The position numbers were made by a program, and so were the translations under genes. Below are positions 24,928 through 37,576 of a stretch of 64,000 bases of DNA, one piece after another (the first letter of the stretch is position 1; every line of letters begins with the position of its first letter). Origin of the DNA: Phoronis australis (lineage: Eukaryota > Animalia > Phoronida); NCBI GenBank assembly GCA_002633005.1, contig NMRA01000350.1, positions 418,839 to 482,838 of the forward strand, read 5' to 3'. The notes beneath the pieces are model-generated. The model was not told the DNA's origin. It was given only the letters and a program-made list of their open reading frames with translations, and made no database searches.

Positions 24928-27900
24928 TGAGAGGTTAAAATGCTCGTTTGCCGCACTCACTAACATCCATTCTTCTACGAACCGCAACGTTTTTTTGTTC
25001 GTCACACCCTTGTTCTGTGATACATGAACATTGAAGAAATGGGTTCGCAAGAAACTTAATTGCGATGCTTGAGAAAGGACAAACATCTTGTTACAAAAGA
25101 ATTTTGTCCTTGAGAAATGGAAAACTATTAGCGATAACGCCGGCCAGATTTGTTGTGTAGGAAAAATAGTTATACAGTACAGTATACATGCATGTCCGAA
25201 ATTTTAAAAAATGCGTGACAAAAGTAAAATTTACCAGGAATTGTTTTGTTTGAGGTTTTTATGTTAGCAAAAGACTAATCACAAGAGCACAGGTGAGGAT
25301 TGATACATCCAAATTCGAAGCTTTGTTTATTACAAACAAAACATCTTCAAGGAAAAGTAGTGCTACAACATCAAATCAAATATTATGTTACTAGTCGTGC
25401 TAATTCAACAAGATAATTGGACCACCCGGCAAAGCCAGCCAAGACAAATTGAATAAAACTGACGTGTTTCACGCATCACAGAGCGTAAAATGTCATCTGA
25501 AGCTGAATGCAGATACATTCATTGTGCATTGTTCATTGATCATTTACTAAAGATTAGCCTATGGGAGAAACCTCACTTTATATGAATTTGGTGCTTTTAT
25601 GAACAGGGTTGTTAATTAGACTGTTAAAGTACACTGTCTTTAATCAGGACAAATCACGCTTCCACGCAATATCACTTAAGAACTTTAAAATCAGTTTTTG
25701 TTAAAAATATCGATTATGCAAGAACTGTCCTCGCTCAGTTAGTAAAAATATATATTATAGTAATAAATGTTGATGCTTGGCAGTTCCTTAGTCAATTGTT
25801 GACATACATGTAGACCGGCGTACGGGAAGAGTCCATGTGATTAACTGGATATTTAATCAGACAAGTGTGTATTCATCAAAGACAAGCACGGACATTCCTG
25901 TATGAGTTACCTTACTACTGACGTCAATCGATGGTGGAGTTGTTCTGCCGGGTGTCAGTCACGTTGATGTCTTTTCACAAGGACATCCACTGTACCTGAG
26001 AGAGGGAATTGCATACTCAGCTTGATGGACATTGGAAAATCCTCTAAAATAGTAATGAAGTTCGTGTACCTCACAAATTCGCATATTATGAAAAAAAAAC
26101 AACAATTGTGTGCCCTTGTACGTTACTTCTCAAATAATATATGCAAATGCAAAATGTTCAGTTACATTTCGAGAGTTGATCGACACACACGGGCCGAAAC
26201 ATACAGTAGCCACCAGGGAATGCATTTCAGATTGGCCATGCACATTCGCCAGGACCTTCCCTTCTTCTCCTCTTCCACCTTTCACAACACTACGAGATCT
26301 GCTTTTTACCAACCAGAAATGACCCACAACTTAGGAAACATTTCGAAAATTTCCCGTTTAGGATGTGGGAAATTATGTTGACATGTAATCTTAATGAAAG
26401 ATAATTCTGCAGCATATTAAAGGAAGTGGTGACGTTGTTTGTGATACGTGGTGCCTGCCCAGTACACGTTTGGTGTAACAACTAACGGACAAACGGAATA
26501 AAATGTCATCTTGAAAAAAACTCCATCCACAAATGATATTTTGTTTGAACAAGACGCATATACCGTTTCTAGTGTTCTGTCTTGTTATATGACTTTATCA
26601 CCATAGTAAGTGGCCGAAGTGTGGTTTTTGTTGCGACAAGCAGTTGTAACAACAGGTGATACAGAGAAAGAGAACGATTTTGGTCAACTACAAATTAATA
26701 CAATGAATCAGGTGTTTTATTAAAATGGCAGCCTCAAACCTGAACTTGTTTGTTTATGACGCAATGCACCAGTTTTTGTTTAGTCTCGGGCCGATTGTGT
26801 GCTGTCCTATTGCGTGAATAAACGTCATAAAACTCTTTACTCTCAGTTCTCAGTCCAAAGTAATGCATTTCGAGATACAAGAACCCCAAAAACAATAGAG
26901 TATCTCATGGGAAATCATAGTTAGATCAGTCTGTGTCACCTAATAGTCCACAGTATTCGCGTTCTATAGGAGAGGCAATTAAGCCGTCTCCAACATATAA
27001 AATATTCAGTTTAAATTTCAGAAGTGATCACAAAGTACCTGTACATGTATATGTACTCATATTTCACCAATCAGTTTTCAAGAGCGCAAACCTTCCGTTG
27101 TGATCGTCAGGTTATAGTGAAGTTGAATTGGACCTCTCCAAGGCTTTTGCTGAAGAGTAAGTGTGTTACCATTCTTGTATAGGCTTCAAAAGGTCATAAC
27201 AGTGACATCTTTTGAAGGAAACGTCGCCGGACGATTTGTGATTATGATGACTATACCTAATTCTGGGTAAAAGGCCAAGCAAAGGAACGAGGTACATGTA
27301 TGTTTAAATGACAATCCCCTAGCCTCGTGCTGTTTCATGCGAGTGAGCGTTCCGTAGATGCGAGAATCTCGCGAAAACGCCATTAAGCTTTTGAAAACAT
27401 CCCTTGATAACGTGATGGTGGAACTGTGATGCCTTGGTGGAACTTTGCATTCACCGAGTAGTTTACTTATATAATTTATCAAATATAAACGTGACGTCAG
27501 AATTCTGATGACCTTCTTATTCGCTAACGTGCAGGTGGAACAGTGGGAAAAGAGTGACTTGCGAACTGGAAGATCCCTCATGATGAGGTCTCCAGTAATT
27601 CAATTAAACCAGCCACCGGTACCTAAATTGACGCAGACAACAAGCGCTCTCCAAATCGAGGCGCACTACCCTTGTTCCGTTAAATGGCTAATCAGCTTAG
27701 TTGTTACCCGCGTTGCTCGAACGGCGATAGAAAATATACGGACATTCAACTGTCGTTTTTACAATCCTTCAGGACGTTGAGATTCGGAAGCGTTGGGTCG
27801 TTGCCATACGCCACAACCCAAAGGAAAATATTTCCGGGTAAATTGATAATTTTTCGAAAGTTAGATCACATTTTGTCGTATCTCGGTTGCCGAGCCTCAT

Positions 27901-28891
27901 ATCAACGACCGGTTAATCTTTGGCTAGCTAGGCTGTGTTTTCATGACTACGGGTTGAAATATGATGTATCTCTTACCAAAAAGGACAGGGCCCTTATTCT
28001 CTCGATTTTGGAGCCGAATATCGGCCCTATTTCCCTTTCAAAATTGTTGAAAAATCACGCGAAATTTCCTCACGAGGCTTCAAAATTCCCCTAAAGTGAT
28101 TGAAAATTTCCCGTCAAATTACCTGTAACCACACAGGTGACAGTTTGAAAGGGCACAGAATGCTACTTGAGACGAGCCTATGAAAGCTTGCAACAGGGCG
28201 GGGTGCTATTGATGGTGATCGGGAGGTAAAATTTCCCCCTCACTCGGTGAAAACATTCCCTCTCAAAAAGGCACAGACACCTTTCCCCTCGGATATACGA
28301 AGACTCTGAAGAAACATGATAACTACATGTATACTTGCTCTGTCCAGTTAACTGAAATTGAGCTCTAAAACGAGATGGTTTACTTTTTTCGGGTTAAGCT
28401 TTGGACAAACAACATAGGTGATTTAATTTTAAAATCCAAGTTGGTCCAGATTGATATTTGTAACCTAACACATGAAATAGATGTAAGAATTATTAAAACC
28501 AAAAAAGCAAGAGTTGATGGTCAAATAATTTTTAGTTTTAATTAACAGCCGGTTTTTTATTTTGATCAAAAATATAATTATTTAATAACATCAGTAATTC
28601 TTGAAGGTCAATGATAAATCAACTGCTAGTCCCAGTAGTCCCTACCTCACTACCAGGACCTAGGCTATGCATGATGTTAATATTCTAGATCAACAAATTA
28701 AACCAGATGTGACTTGCACATGACAGAAAAATGCGATTAATTACCACTGTCAAAAAAATCTTCAACTCGTCAAAAATACGAGCAGATGACTTGGTTCGTG
28801 TAAAAAGCATTTTTATCAACAATTTACAAGAAGAAACGTAACCATACATTCAGCATTATGCCTCAATTTGGTCATAATTATTTACTTTTCA

Positions 28892-30860
28892 TGCTTTGAA
28901 CCTAGTTTCACGACAAAACTTCCACACTTTCGCCAGACCGTTCTTCGGTGTATTGGCTTGTTCTCTAATGTACTTTTCTGGCTCGCTGTGGTTAATTATT
29001 GACATAGTTTCAAGATTTAATATCCAGGTTGGACTCGTAAGACAAACCATTTAACTCACGCAATGTCAACTTCCGCTTTGTTTATCGCAGTGATCTTCGC
29101 TTTGGATTTTAATGTCCGCCCCGTGCATTAGAAATATAGCACTAATAATAAATTATGTCTCTGGTATGCTTAACTTGCGAGATTCATGCGACCTGCGTAA
29201 GCGCGTCTCATGTTTATCGCCTATGGGGCACTGCCATTGTTTTCCTTTTTGTTGCGTCTTTGTTGGATAAAAGAATACTGGTCGTACGGACATCTTACCT
29301 TGGGCGCACATCAACCGGTTACCGATAAATGCTTGTCATTATCTTTCTTATAAGAATCAAAAACAAAACGATGAATACGACTTTCTACCGATCTCTCAGC
29401 AACAAACTTGCGACCTACTTTCCTGAAGAAAACTTTACATGGGGAATTAATGACTCCAAAATATTGACTGCAAGTGAGCTTCAATCTCTCCCAATCGTAG
29501 AATAAAACCGTTTGACCTTACAGTTTTACGTAAGCAGTCTGATTCATGTTTTACGAACACTTTGGGTCTCAATATTTCGCCAAATGTTTTTACGTGCACT
29601 CTTTGAACTAAATGGAGCAAAGGATACAAGTTGCCCGTGATCCCTCTTCATGATGGAAGCCCCTGTTTTGGGCATCGTCATGATGGTAAACCTGATTTGG
29701 GATTAGTATAATCTTTCTTGACTTGTTTTCGGTCAACAGTGCACTTGCAGCTACGAGACGGCATGGGCGCCTTCTCTGCAATTCCATCAAAAATTCCAGC
29801 AATGGTAGGCCTGCCTACCTGCCAATTTGACTTGAGTAATGATGCCAGAAACTGATGATAAATCTTAGTGCAACACCTTGGGGAATTTGATATTCAATAA
29901 CCTTGTGTGTGTGCATCGATTGAACTCAAAGAGAAACTGTGGGGCCCAGCAGCGTCACTTCAACGGAAAGCAGACTTTGCCAAGTAGACCATACTAAATA
30001 TTTAAACTGCACGATAGTCGCAAACGCAGAAGAAGAAGACGTGCCCACTAAAGGGAGCAAATCTAGTAAACGTACTTTAGCCTCTAGGTGGCGTATAGCA
30101 TGTCAGCTACTGTTCTCCTTAATACTTGCAAAATTCCACAAAGATGCTCAAGGGGCTTAATACTGAGTAACAGTTGCGAATACATAAAAGCAGAACTGCT
30201 GATAGGGGGCGCTAAGGTGGCCAAAATTGTCACGCTTTCCGCAGTAAGCAAACAAGCTAGTTTTGATAAAGATTCTTACAGCGGCTTCGCTGATGAAGAG
30301 ACTGACGCCAAATACAAGAGACGAAAATAATAAAAATGGTCACTAGGAGGTGTACACCATGTCAAATCCATGTGAACATGGGACAATGTCATCGCCTTTT
30401 TTAAGAAAAATCTATTTGCCAAGTCCAAAAGTCGTCTTCATTTGTTGTCAGTAACCTTCCTCAAATAATAATGCCAAATTTAACTTGACAAAGATGCTGG
30501 AAAGAAACAAAAATGTCAATAGGAGGCGCCTCAGTAGTCGGGGCCAACCAGGTCTGTTATCGCCAGCCGTCCCTTTCCCAGTAGGAGCTAATTAAAGGCC
30601 TCATCATCCTTAGAGTTGTTTGGCTAATGGAGAAGCGGACGCTTGATACAGATTCAGAAATAATAAAAATGGCCACTGGGTGACGGGCAAAACAGGAAGA
30701 TATCATTGCCTCTTTTACAGGAGCCTATTCAGTAATAATATCCGCCAAGGAAGTTCAAAGATACAGAAGAAAACAGAAAAGTATAATTGCCAATTGTATG
30801 GACCTACATGTAAAAGAAAGTCCAATTTTGGCCAACATCGGTACATCATATCTCCGAAAT
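28892..30860 (+). pseudogene. Decayed 7TM GPCR of a different subfamily, with a long repetitive C-terminal tail (copy A)
   Basis: Fragments across stops and frameshifts: TM1 VLRCIGLFSNVLFWLAVV, TM2 RKTNHLTHAMSTSALFIAVI, TM3 KLCLW..LMFIAY, TM5 LQFYVSSLIHV..SIFRQ, TM6 start EQRIQVAR, TM7/H8 INLSATP..ASIELKEKLW. Confidence 0.55.
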
Positions 30861-31244
30861 GACTGCTTGGGATTCAGAAGAAATTATCAGATACTATGAT
30901 TTATGCACTGTTTAGCAGTTAGGAATTGCTTCAGGGGATAAAATATAAGACTTTATGATTTTTGGGAAAAATCAAAGTTTTGCATTAAACGGAAACAAAA
31001 CGATAATTTAAAAACCGTAACATTGCTCTTGACATTTCATTTTGAACACTATCGTACTGTAAATGTCTCGATTGGCATTGTAGTCATGCTAAGATGATAC
31101 ATAATGTTTATACTGCAGGCAGGTGCAAGGACATGAATCATCATATACACTCAGTCGCAGAGGTGCCCAAATGGACAATTTCCTTTGTCATGGCTCAAAA
31201 CATGAACTTGAATTAAAGTGTAAAGAAGAAACGGCACGTTTACG

Positions 31245-32336
31245 ATGAATGACGTTATTCATATGCCTACATGGGCGAAGCTGTTGTTTTATCTAGGATA
31301 TGGCACCGTCGTCGCCATCGGACTGCTCGGAAACTTTTCTGTCATAGCAATCGTGTTTAAGAATGTAAAGCTGAGAACTTCGACGAACATTCTCGTTTGC
31401 AATCTTTGCATTGTCAACATCATCGTGTGCTTTCCATCATTCTTGCTAGTGCATACGTTTGTCACGCTGGACGGAGGATATCTTAATGTTAAAACGTTGA
31501 TTGGATTACAGATTGTGTTATTTGTAGCCGGTATTGTCTCCACATGGACGTCGACCGCCATTTCCGTACTTCGTCGTCGAGTTTTTGTGAGTCTGGGGAG
31601 ATTCAAAGAATCAAAAAGGACCACAGTAGTCGTTTTGGCAGCCATTTGGATATTTGCTATTTCCATAACAGGTGCGCCAATTATTTCTGGAATAGCTGAT
31701 GTGCATTTTTTGTATACGATAAATGAAACTAGTTCCTCAGACAATACGAGTGATGATACTGGTGGCAAACGGTCACACTATAGGATATATCTCATTGCTG
31801 TGCTCGCGGCGAAGACGGTCCTCCCTGCCGCAATCATATGCTTAAATTATTCCAAAGTTAGTTGGACGTTAAGAAATCATCTAAAAAATGTTAAAAGATC
31901 CAAGACACGGGAAATGGAAACGAAACACTTTAAGCAATACCAGAAGATGAATCTCGTGCTGATGTTGATTGTGGTGTCATTCATGTTATGTTATCTTCCA
32001 ATGTCTCTGTTCTTTGTGATCAGAGAATTTGCCTCGCTAGATATGTCAAGGGAAACAAATTCGAAATTAGAATTTTGGTTGTCTCACTTGAGCCTGCTTT
32101 CCGTTGCATGCAACCCATTGTTATACGGTTTTATGAACAATGCTTTTCGTCAGGAGATAACAATAATGAAGAAACAGGTAGTTGATTTAGTTTGTCAGAA
32201 GAACTCATCGGTTACTCCAGAAGTGACCGATCAACTATTCGTCATAAATGAAAATTCGCCAAGAGTGGGAGATTATGTGACTGCAGACAGTGCCAGGTAT
32301 AGTCCTGAAAGAGCAATCGAGATATCACATCTTTGA
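31245..32336 (+). CDS. Rhodopsin-class 7TM GPCR, paralog 2
   Basis: 363-aa intact ORF; GLLGN, LRTSTNILVCNL, FMLCYLP, CNPLLYGFMN; clear paralog of 23809 and 47485. Confidence 0.92.
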   Translation: MNDVIHMPTWAKLLFYLGYGTVVAIGLLGNFSVIAIVFKNVKLRTSTNILVCNLCIVNIIVCFPSFLLVHTFVTLDGGYLNVKTLIGLQIVLFVAGIVSTWTSTAISVLRRRVFVSLGRFKESKRTTVVVLAAIWIFAISITGAPIISGIADVHFLYTINETSSSDNTSDDTGGKRSHYRIYLIAVLAAKTVLPAAIICLNYSKVSWTLRNHLKNVKRSKTREMETKHFKQYQKMNLVLMLIVVSFMLCYLPMSLFFVIREFASLDMSRETNSKLEFWLSHLSLLSVACNPLLYGFMNNAFRQEITIMKKQVVDLVCQKNSSVTPEVTDQLFVINENSPRVGDYVTADSARYSPERAIEISHL

Positions 32337-32789
32337 TGGGAGCTTAGAAAATCGTTCATCACATGGCGTTCCAATAGCGATTTTTCACACCAGCCTTGAC
32401 CGTTTTCTGTGACACACGTTCTTGGTGTTCCGTGTAGATACCCTGTATCTAAACCGANGTTTGCCGCTGGATTGCAGCTTGAGCCGAGCCATAAAAGGGT
32501 TCGAAATAAAGGAACTTGTGGTGGAATGTGAGTTCGATTGATAACAAGATGCTCATTCTGCATGTTTAGCTCTACAAGACTACGAAACAGCTTTGCAAGG
32601 TCCAAAAATCCAGTCAGCGTTTCTTTGCTGCGATGTTTTTTGTCCAAATTCTGTGCTGTCACCTATCTCTGGGCTATGGGTGAGCCCATCCGTGGGCGTG
32701 ACGGTCTCTCCATGTGGTGACTTTAGTGTGGCGTAATCAGGTCAAAATTTGTAAGCATAAGATATTGTAGACGACTGGATCATTTGCTG

Positions 32790-32910
32790 AATTCACCGGT
32801 TCCGCCGGGTCAAGCGGCTATGACATCTGACTGATGTGTAAGTCGGTAGTCGTCTTTGCCACGCCCTCAACCAGTGTCTTAACCGGTTGACCCGGCGAAA
32901 CGGGTGGAAT
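32790..32910. mobile_element. ~120-bp hairpin / MITE-like repeat
   Basis: ATTCACCGGTTCCGCCGGGTCAAGCGG.. pairs imperfectly with ..CCGGTTGACCCGGCGAAACGGGTGGAAT. Confidence 0.6.
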
Positions 32911-33169
32911 GAATCAAGTTTACCCATTACATCAAGCGAATTTCACCACACAATCGAGTATTTATAGTAAATCTAACGTTTTCCGCAATAAATGAGAGCG
33001 GTCATCCATAGACTGGGGTAATGCCGGAAAAGAAAACAGGCAGCTTATATGTGAATCTTCTTTTTTGCTCTAACCATAGCAATTTCTGTGGAAACAATAG
33101 CAAATTATAGCACTGAGGAAAACAAGTCAAAATTGGGTCAAGTGCCAAAATGCATTGGATGTAACCACT

Positions 33170-35290
33170 TACAGTTTATTCTTTGTCGTGAAAGGCCACC
33201 GTCCCATAGTACGCACCACATCGTATACACCACGTTCATATACAGACACATTGATGTATAAAATAACAATCAGAATGTTGAAGCATTTAGACACTAGCTC
33301 TTATGAGAAAAGCTTTCTTGATGAATTTTGACAGATTAACCAAGAAGGTACTTGAAACGTTATTCAAGTAACTTAAAAATGATGTAGTATCGCACTGTGA
33401 CAGTTGTGGAATACATGTAAATTGGATCCTCAAGTGATCATACAGAAAGCATCTTGTTAAGAGGTGGAACTCTTCAATTTCATACAAATTATTTTTTTTT
33501 GCTATATTTGCAGAGCCTTAGTTCTCTATCTACTCTTCCTCGCGCCATCTCGACTTCAAGAGTACGAGAAGATGGAGCAACGTACCTGCGAATCTCACCA
33601 CATTTTATAACTTTTAGATATTGAGCAACATTTAAGTTCTTATGCACCTCAGCAAAAACTACATGTTTGCTACTATTTCTAACTTTGCAATCCCATTCTT
33701 GGAAGGCACATTCTTTAACTCTCTGAGTAAATATTTTCAAAATGCACCAATATCTCCAACGTTTTGTTGTGCCCAAACAAAGCCAAAACCATATCCCTGG
33801 ACTACCTTTTTGCCTCATGGCCTCGGCATTTTTAGTCGATACAAGTCGTGAGGAGAAAATGCTGTCAAGGTAGGTATAAGATGTAACTATGTTGATTTCT
33901 GATGATTTAAAAAACATTTCTCACACTTCTTGGGTGTTCTGCTATTTCGAAAACCACGATATTAGTTTTAGACATGTTTATATCCATTCCAACTCTGTCA
34001 CAGAAATTTTCAAGAACTCGAATTTGTTTTTGCAGATTGTTGGGAGTAGACGAAATGGTTGTTATATCGTCAGCATACAATAAGCACAAAATATCAGGTG
34101 ACTGGGGATCTATAGAAACATCGGAGCATGAAGAATCTTTCCACATCATAACCAGTTCCGTTAGGAACAATGTAAACAGAAAAGGACTAAATATGCAAAC
34201 ATACCTAATGCATGTGTTACAACTAAAACTATTTGTATGCAAACCATGAAAACTCGTAAAAGTTCTTGTAAAGTGATTTCATCACCTTCAGAATATTTCC
34301 ATGTATACCATTGGATATCAGGATATTAAACAGAATATTATATTAAACAGAGCCAAGGGCTTTGACAAAGTCAATAAATAAAACACAACATCTCCCCTTT
34401 TTGCATTTTTGTACCAGGGCATTTAATCTGAAGATCTGATCTACGGTGCTTTACCCTTTTCTGTATCCGGCTTGTTCTTCAAACAGTATATTATTATCAC
34501 CTGCCCAACGTAGCATCCTTTAATTGACAATGTTTGAAAAGACTTTACTTAATATGTTAAATAGCAATACCACTCTATAACTATTAACGCCACTAGGACT
34601 TCCTTTTGCATGAGGTAGGACAATCAATGCCTTGCACCAATTTTCAGGCATAAAATGACTGTCTTGACAATATTTTATTAAAAAGTGACAGAAGTTGATT
34701 GATGATCACAGGTTTACATAATTTTATCAAATCTTCAAGTATCCCATGGATTCCAGAGGATCTATCACTTTTTTAATGAATCAATAGACTCATTTATTTC
34801 CTCGTCCGTAATAGGGCTATTCAACTCGATCGGCTGATTTTGACTGCAATCGTTACAATAAGTTAATGATTTTTTGTGGATTAATTTGAACCTGGAACTC
34901 ATCCTCCTCATCCATATTGATATTTTTGTTAAATAATTCCTCAGAATATTTTTTCTTTTGAGATGGACTGAAATGATTTGACCCAATGGTCTTCTTTCTA
35001 TTATAATTTTTCAACAGTTTCCAGCATTTATCCGGATCACCACCGTCGCAGACTGACGCTGCCTGTTGACATAGACTGTCCATACGGGCTTTTCGTTTAT
35101 TTTTTACAGTAAGTTTGGCATTCAAATATTCAGTTGCATTACCAATGCCTTTTCTCAATGCATTACGCAGCTTATTTTTAATGTGTTTGTTTGGTTACAC
35201 ACTCTCGTCATCCCACCACTCCGGATTAATGTTAGATCTGCAGGTATGTTGCCTTTTATTGCAGTGAACTTTTTTGTACCCGCTTACAGT
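33170..35290 (-). mobile_element. 5'-truncated, frameshifted non-LTR retrotransposon (LINE, CR1/L2-group-like) ORF2 remnant
   Basis: Minus-strand fragments PEWWDDE, LNSPITDEEINESIDSLK, RT core CIFSPFLFTLFL..LLYADD..LQKQIRVLENFC..INMSKTNIV, C-terminal zinc knuckle RLCKY..EEFHLLTRC; AATAAA near the 3' end (about 33175). Confidence 0.9.
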
Positions 35291-37451
35291 ACCTATTAGA
35301 GGCTGTTACACGTACATGTAGTAACGGTGAGTGTTGTTAAACTCCTTGGTAACTCCTATGGCCCTGTCGAGCAACACTCGTGATATGAAATCATTTCGAC
35401 AAAAGAGATTGCCAGTAAAAGCCAAAGCGAAGGTCAGAAAATTTTGTTATGAACATCGTGCGTATTAATTAGCGAAAATACTTATCAATTTGGAGTTACG
35501 CCAAATCACTACAGAAATGGCAAAAATGCGTAACAAATGCTTAATTCCCGTACTGGTTGGCAAGTATCCGACAGTGTCATGAGCCCAACGTAGGTCAGTA
35601 CTCTCCAAATTAATATTTATAACACCTTACTACGAGGCCCAATGCAGGATTTTCATCACGTGACTGCATGTCCGCCTAACTATCATTCTCAGGATGGCCG
35701 CAGCCACTGAAAGTAGAAAACGTTCACTTTATTCTTTTCAAAATGAACCTCTATCACAGAAAATGTACATAAAATAACGTCTTTACCTGAAAAAGCAATC
35801 ATTTCGTATATGTCCTGGTACTGAGGCGGCATGTACATGTACATGTACAAGTCCAGAGATATTAAATGGATCATTACACATATAATGACTGTCTCGAACA
35901 TATAAATCCTCTACAAGAACAACTGATGAACCCAGTTGAAGTGTTGCAGCTACGGAGCTTAGGGATTGTTTTCTTGCGAGCCGCACTGTGAAGAACTGTC
36001 AGTGCTCGGCGAGAACACAATGCCCTTTTATCCCACGATATTTACTAAGCATTATTCACCAAAGACAGACTTTTGCGATTGAATCACTAATATGGTATTT
36101 CTTTGCGGCATACATGTACAGTGCATCAGAAATAAAACCATAATTTCAAGCTTCGTTGATGAATTTTGTTTACTAGCTGGACTTTTGAGTACGTGCATGC
36201 AGCTTTTCGAATGCGAGAGCTTTGCCTCTGAGACCGTGGCGAGACGCATGATTGATTCGTTGATTTAAAAAGAACTAAATTATACCCTGGAGAGTATATA
36301 AACTAACGGAGACGAATTAGGGCTTAGACTATCTTCGTTTTGCTATAATTTAGCAATAATTGACATCAAGCAACGTCAAAGGGTTAACCGTCTGCACTCG
36401 ATTTGCAGCGCCAGACCAGGTACGACATCTGAATGATTTAGGGATACGGTGTCTTCGTTGTTTACGTATCCGAAAAGCCGGTGAAATCTAACCCTAAACT
36501 TCCCGACATCACCAACCAAGCACTTCAGTATTAGCCACTTTGACAGCGGACGATACTAAGCTCCTATGAATAATACGCGAGACATTTCGCCTTTCCCTAG
36601 TGCTGTTTTGCGTGATTTTAATATTTGACGAGATTCGTGTGCCTACTCAAGGAATGCACCAGATGTACCTAAACCCGGAAGATGTCATATTTATCAACGG
36701 AGCCGAGATTTGACTGCGAATAACAAAACCCAAAGAGAGTTATGAAGTAAATCGTATAACCCCAACAAATGAGCGAATGTTCCTAATTGTAAACTTGTGC
36801 CCATTTTTGGAACGTAGCCATGTGTGCCTATAAACAAAACATTTGAGCAGGAGTCAAATCAACGATTAGAACTAAAGGTGTGACTTGAATGGTAATCGAC
36901 ACTTGTCCATCTGTACTTATCCTGATGATGTCTTGTTGAATAGACGAAACGTTGAGTTAACCTGAACTTCTTTATTTGTGCGGCAGCTGTCTGTTTTCTA
37001 AGAGAACTAAAAGCTTTCTTAAAACTACATGTAAACCGATGAGTTTTAAAACTGTATATTTTTAGTATTTAGCCATTACTCTAAACTTTTCATTTCACCT
37101 AGTGTCACTGAAACTGTAATCTTCGTCAGAGATTGACTGTAGGTTTGTTTAAAAGGTAGCGTATAGGCTTTGATATTGTGCGTAGATGGAGAGACAATAA
37201 ACAAATCCAGTAATTAATTTATCATATGATAACGACTAATTAGAAAAGTGAAACCTGTTGTTGATTAAGTAATCAACTGCAAAGAACAGTAACTACGCTA
37301 GCGCCCTCGATCTTTAAAGATTACTTAAATCAATCAACCATAATAATCAAATGTCTTATATGCTATCTAAGCTGTAGGAATCTCCACTTGTTGGATGACA
37401 GTCCTGTTGGTGAACCTTTGAACTGCACACGCTATATTGCGACAGTGTATA

Positions 37452-37576
37452 CTTGCTGGTCCCAGTCTCTGGTGACGCAACACTTGCAGGCAGTTTCTTC
37501 TACCCACGATTCTTCTTGCTGGTCACAGTCTCTGGTGACGCAACACGTATAGGTACATGTAGTACATACTCACGAT
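37452..37576. repeat. Two-copy tandem repeat, period 63 bp
   Basis: CTTGCTGGTC(C/A)CAGTCTCTGGTGACGCAACAC at 37452 and 37515. Confidence 0.85.

Larger units (their letters stand above)
25640..32640 (+). repeat. Tandem segmental duplication, copy A (non-coding block + GPCR pseudogene + GPCR2)
   Basis: Collinear with 39855-48913. Anchors: AATCACGCTTC, GTTGATCGACACACACGGGCCGAAACATA, GGCTTTTGCTGAAGAGTAAGTGTGTT, CTGCAGGCAGGTGCAAGGA, AGTCAGCGTTTCTTTGCT. Boundaries are approximate. Confidence 0.88.

Noticed and set aside
25900-26045. Minus-strand CPSS*VC as an LRR N-cap exon
   Set aside because: It contains a stop, is not kept in the paralog, and no LRR units follow.
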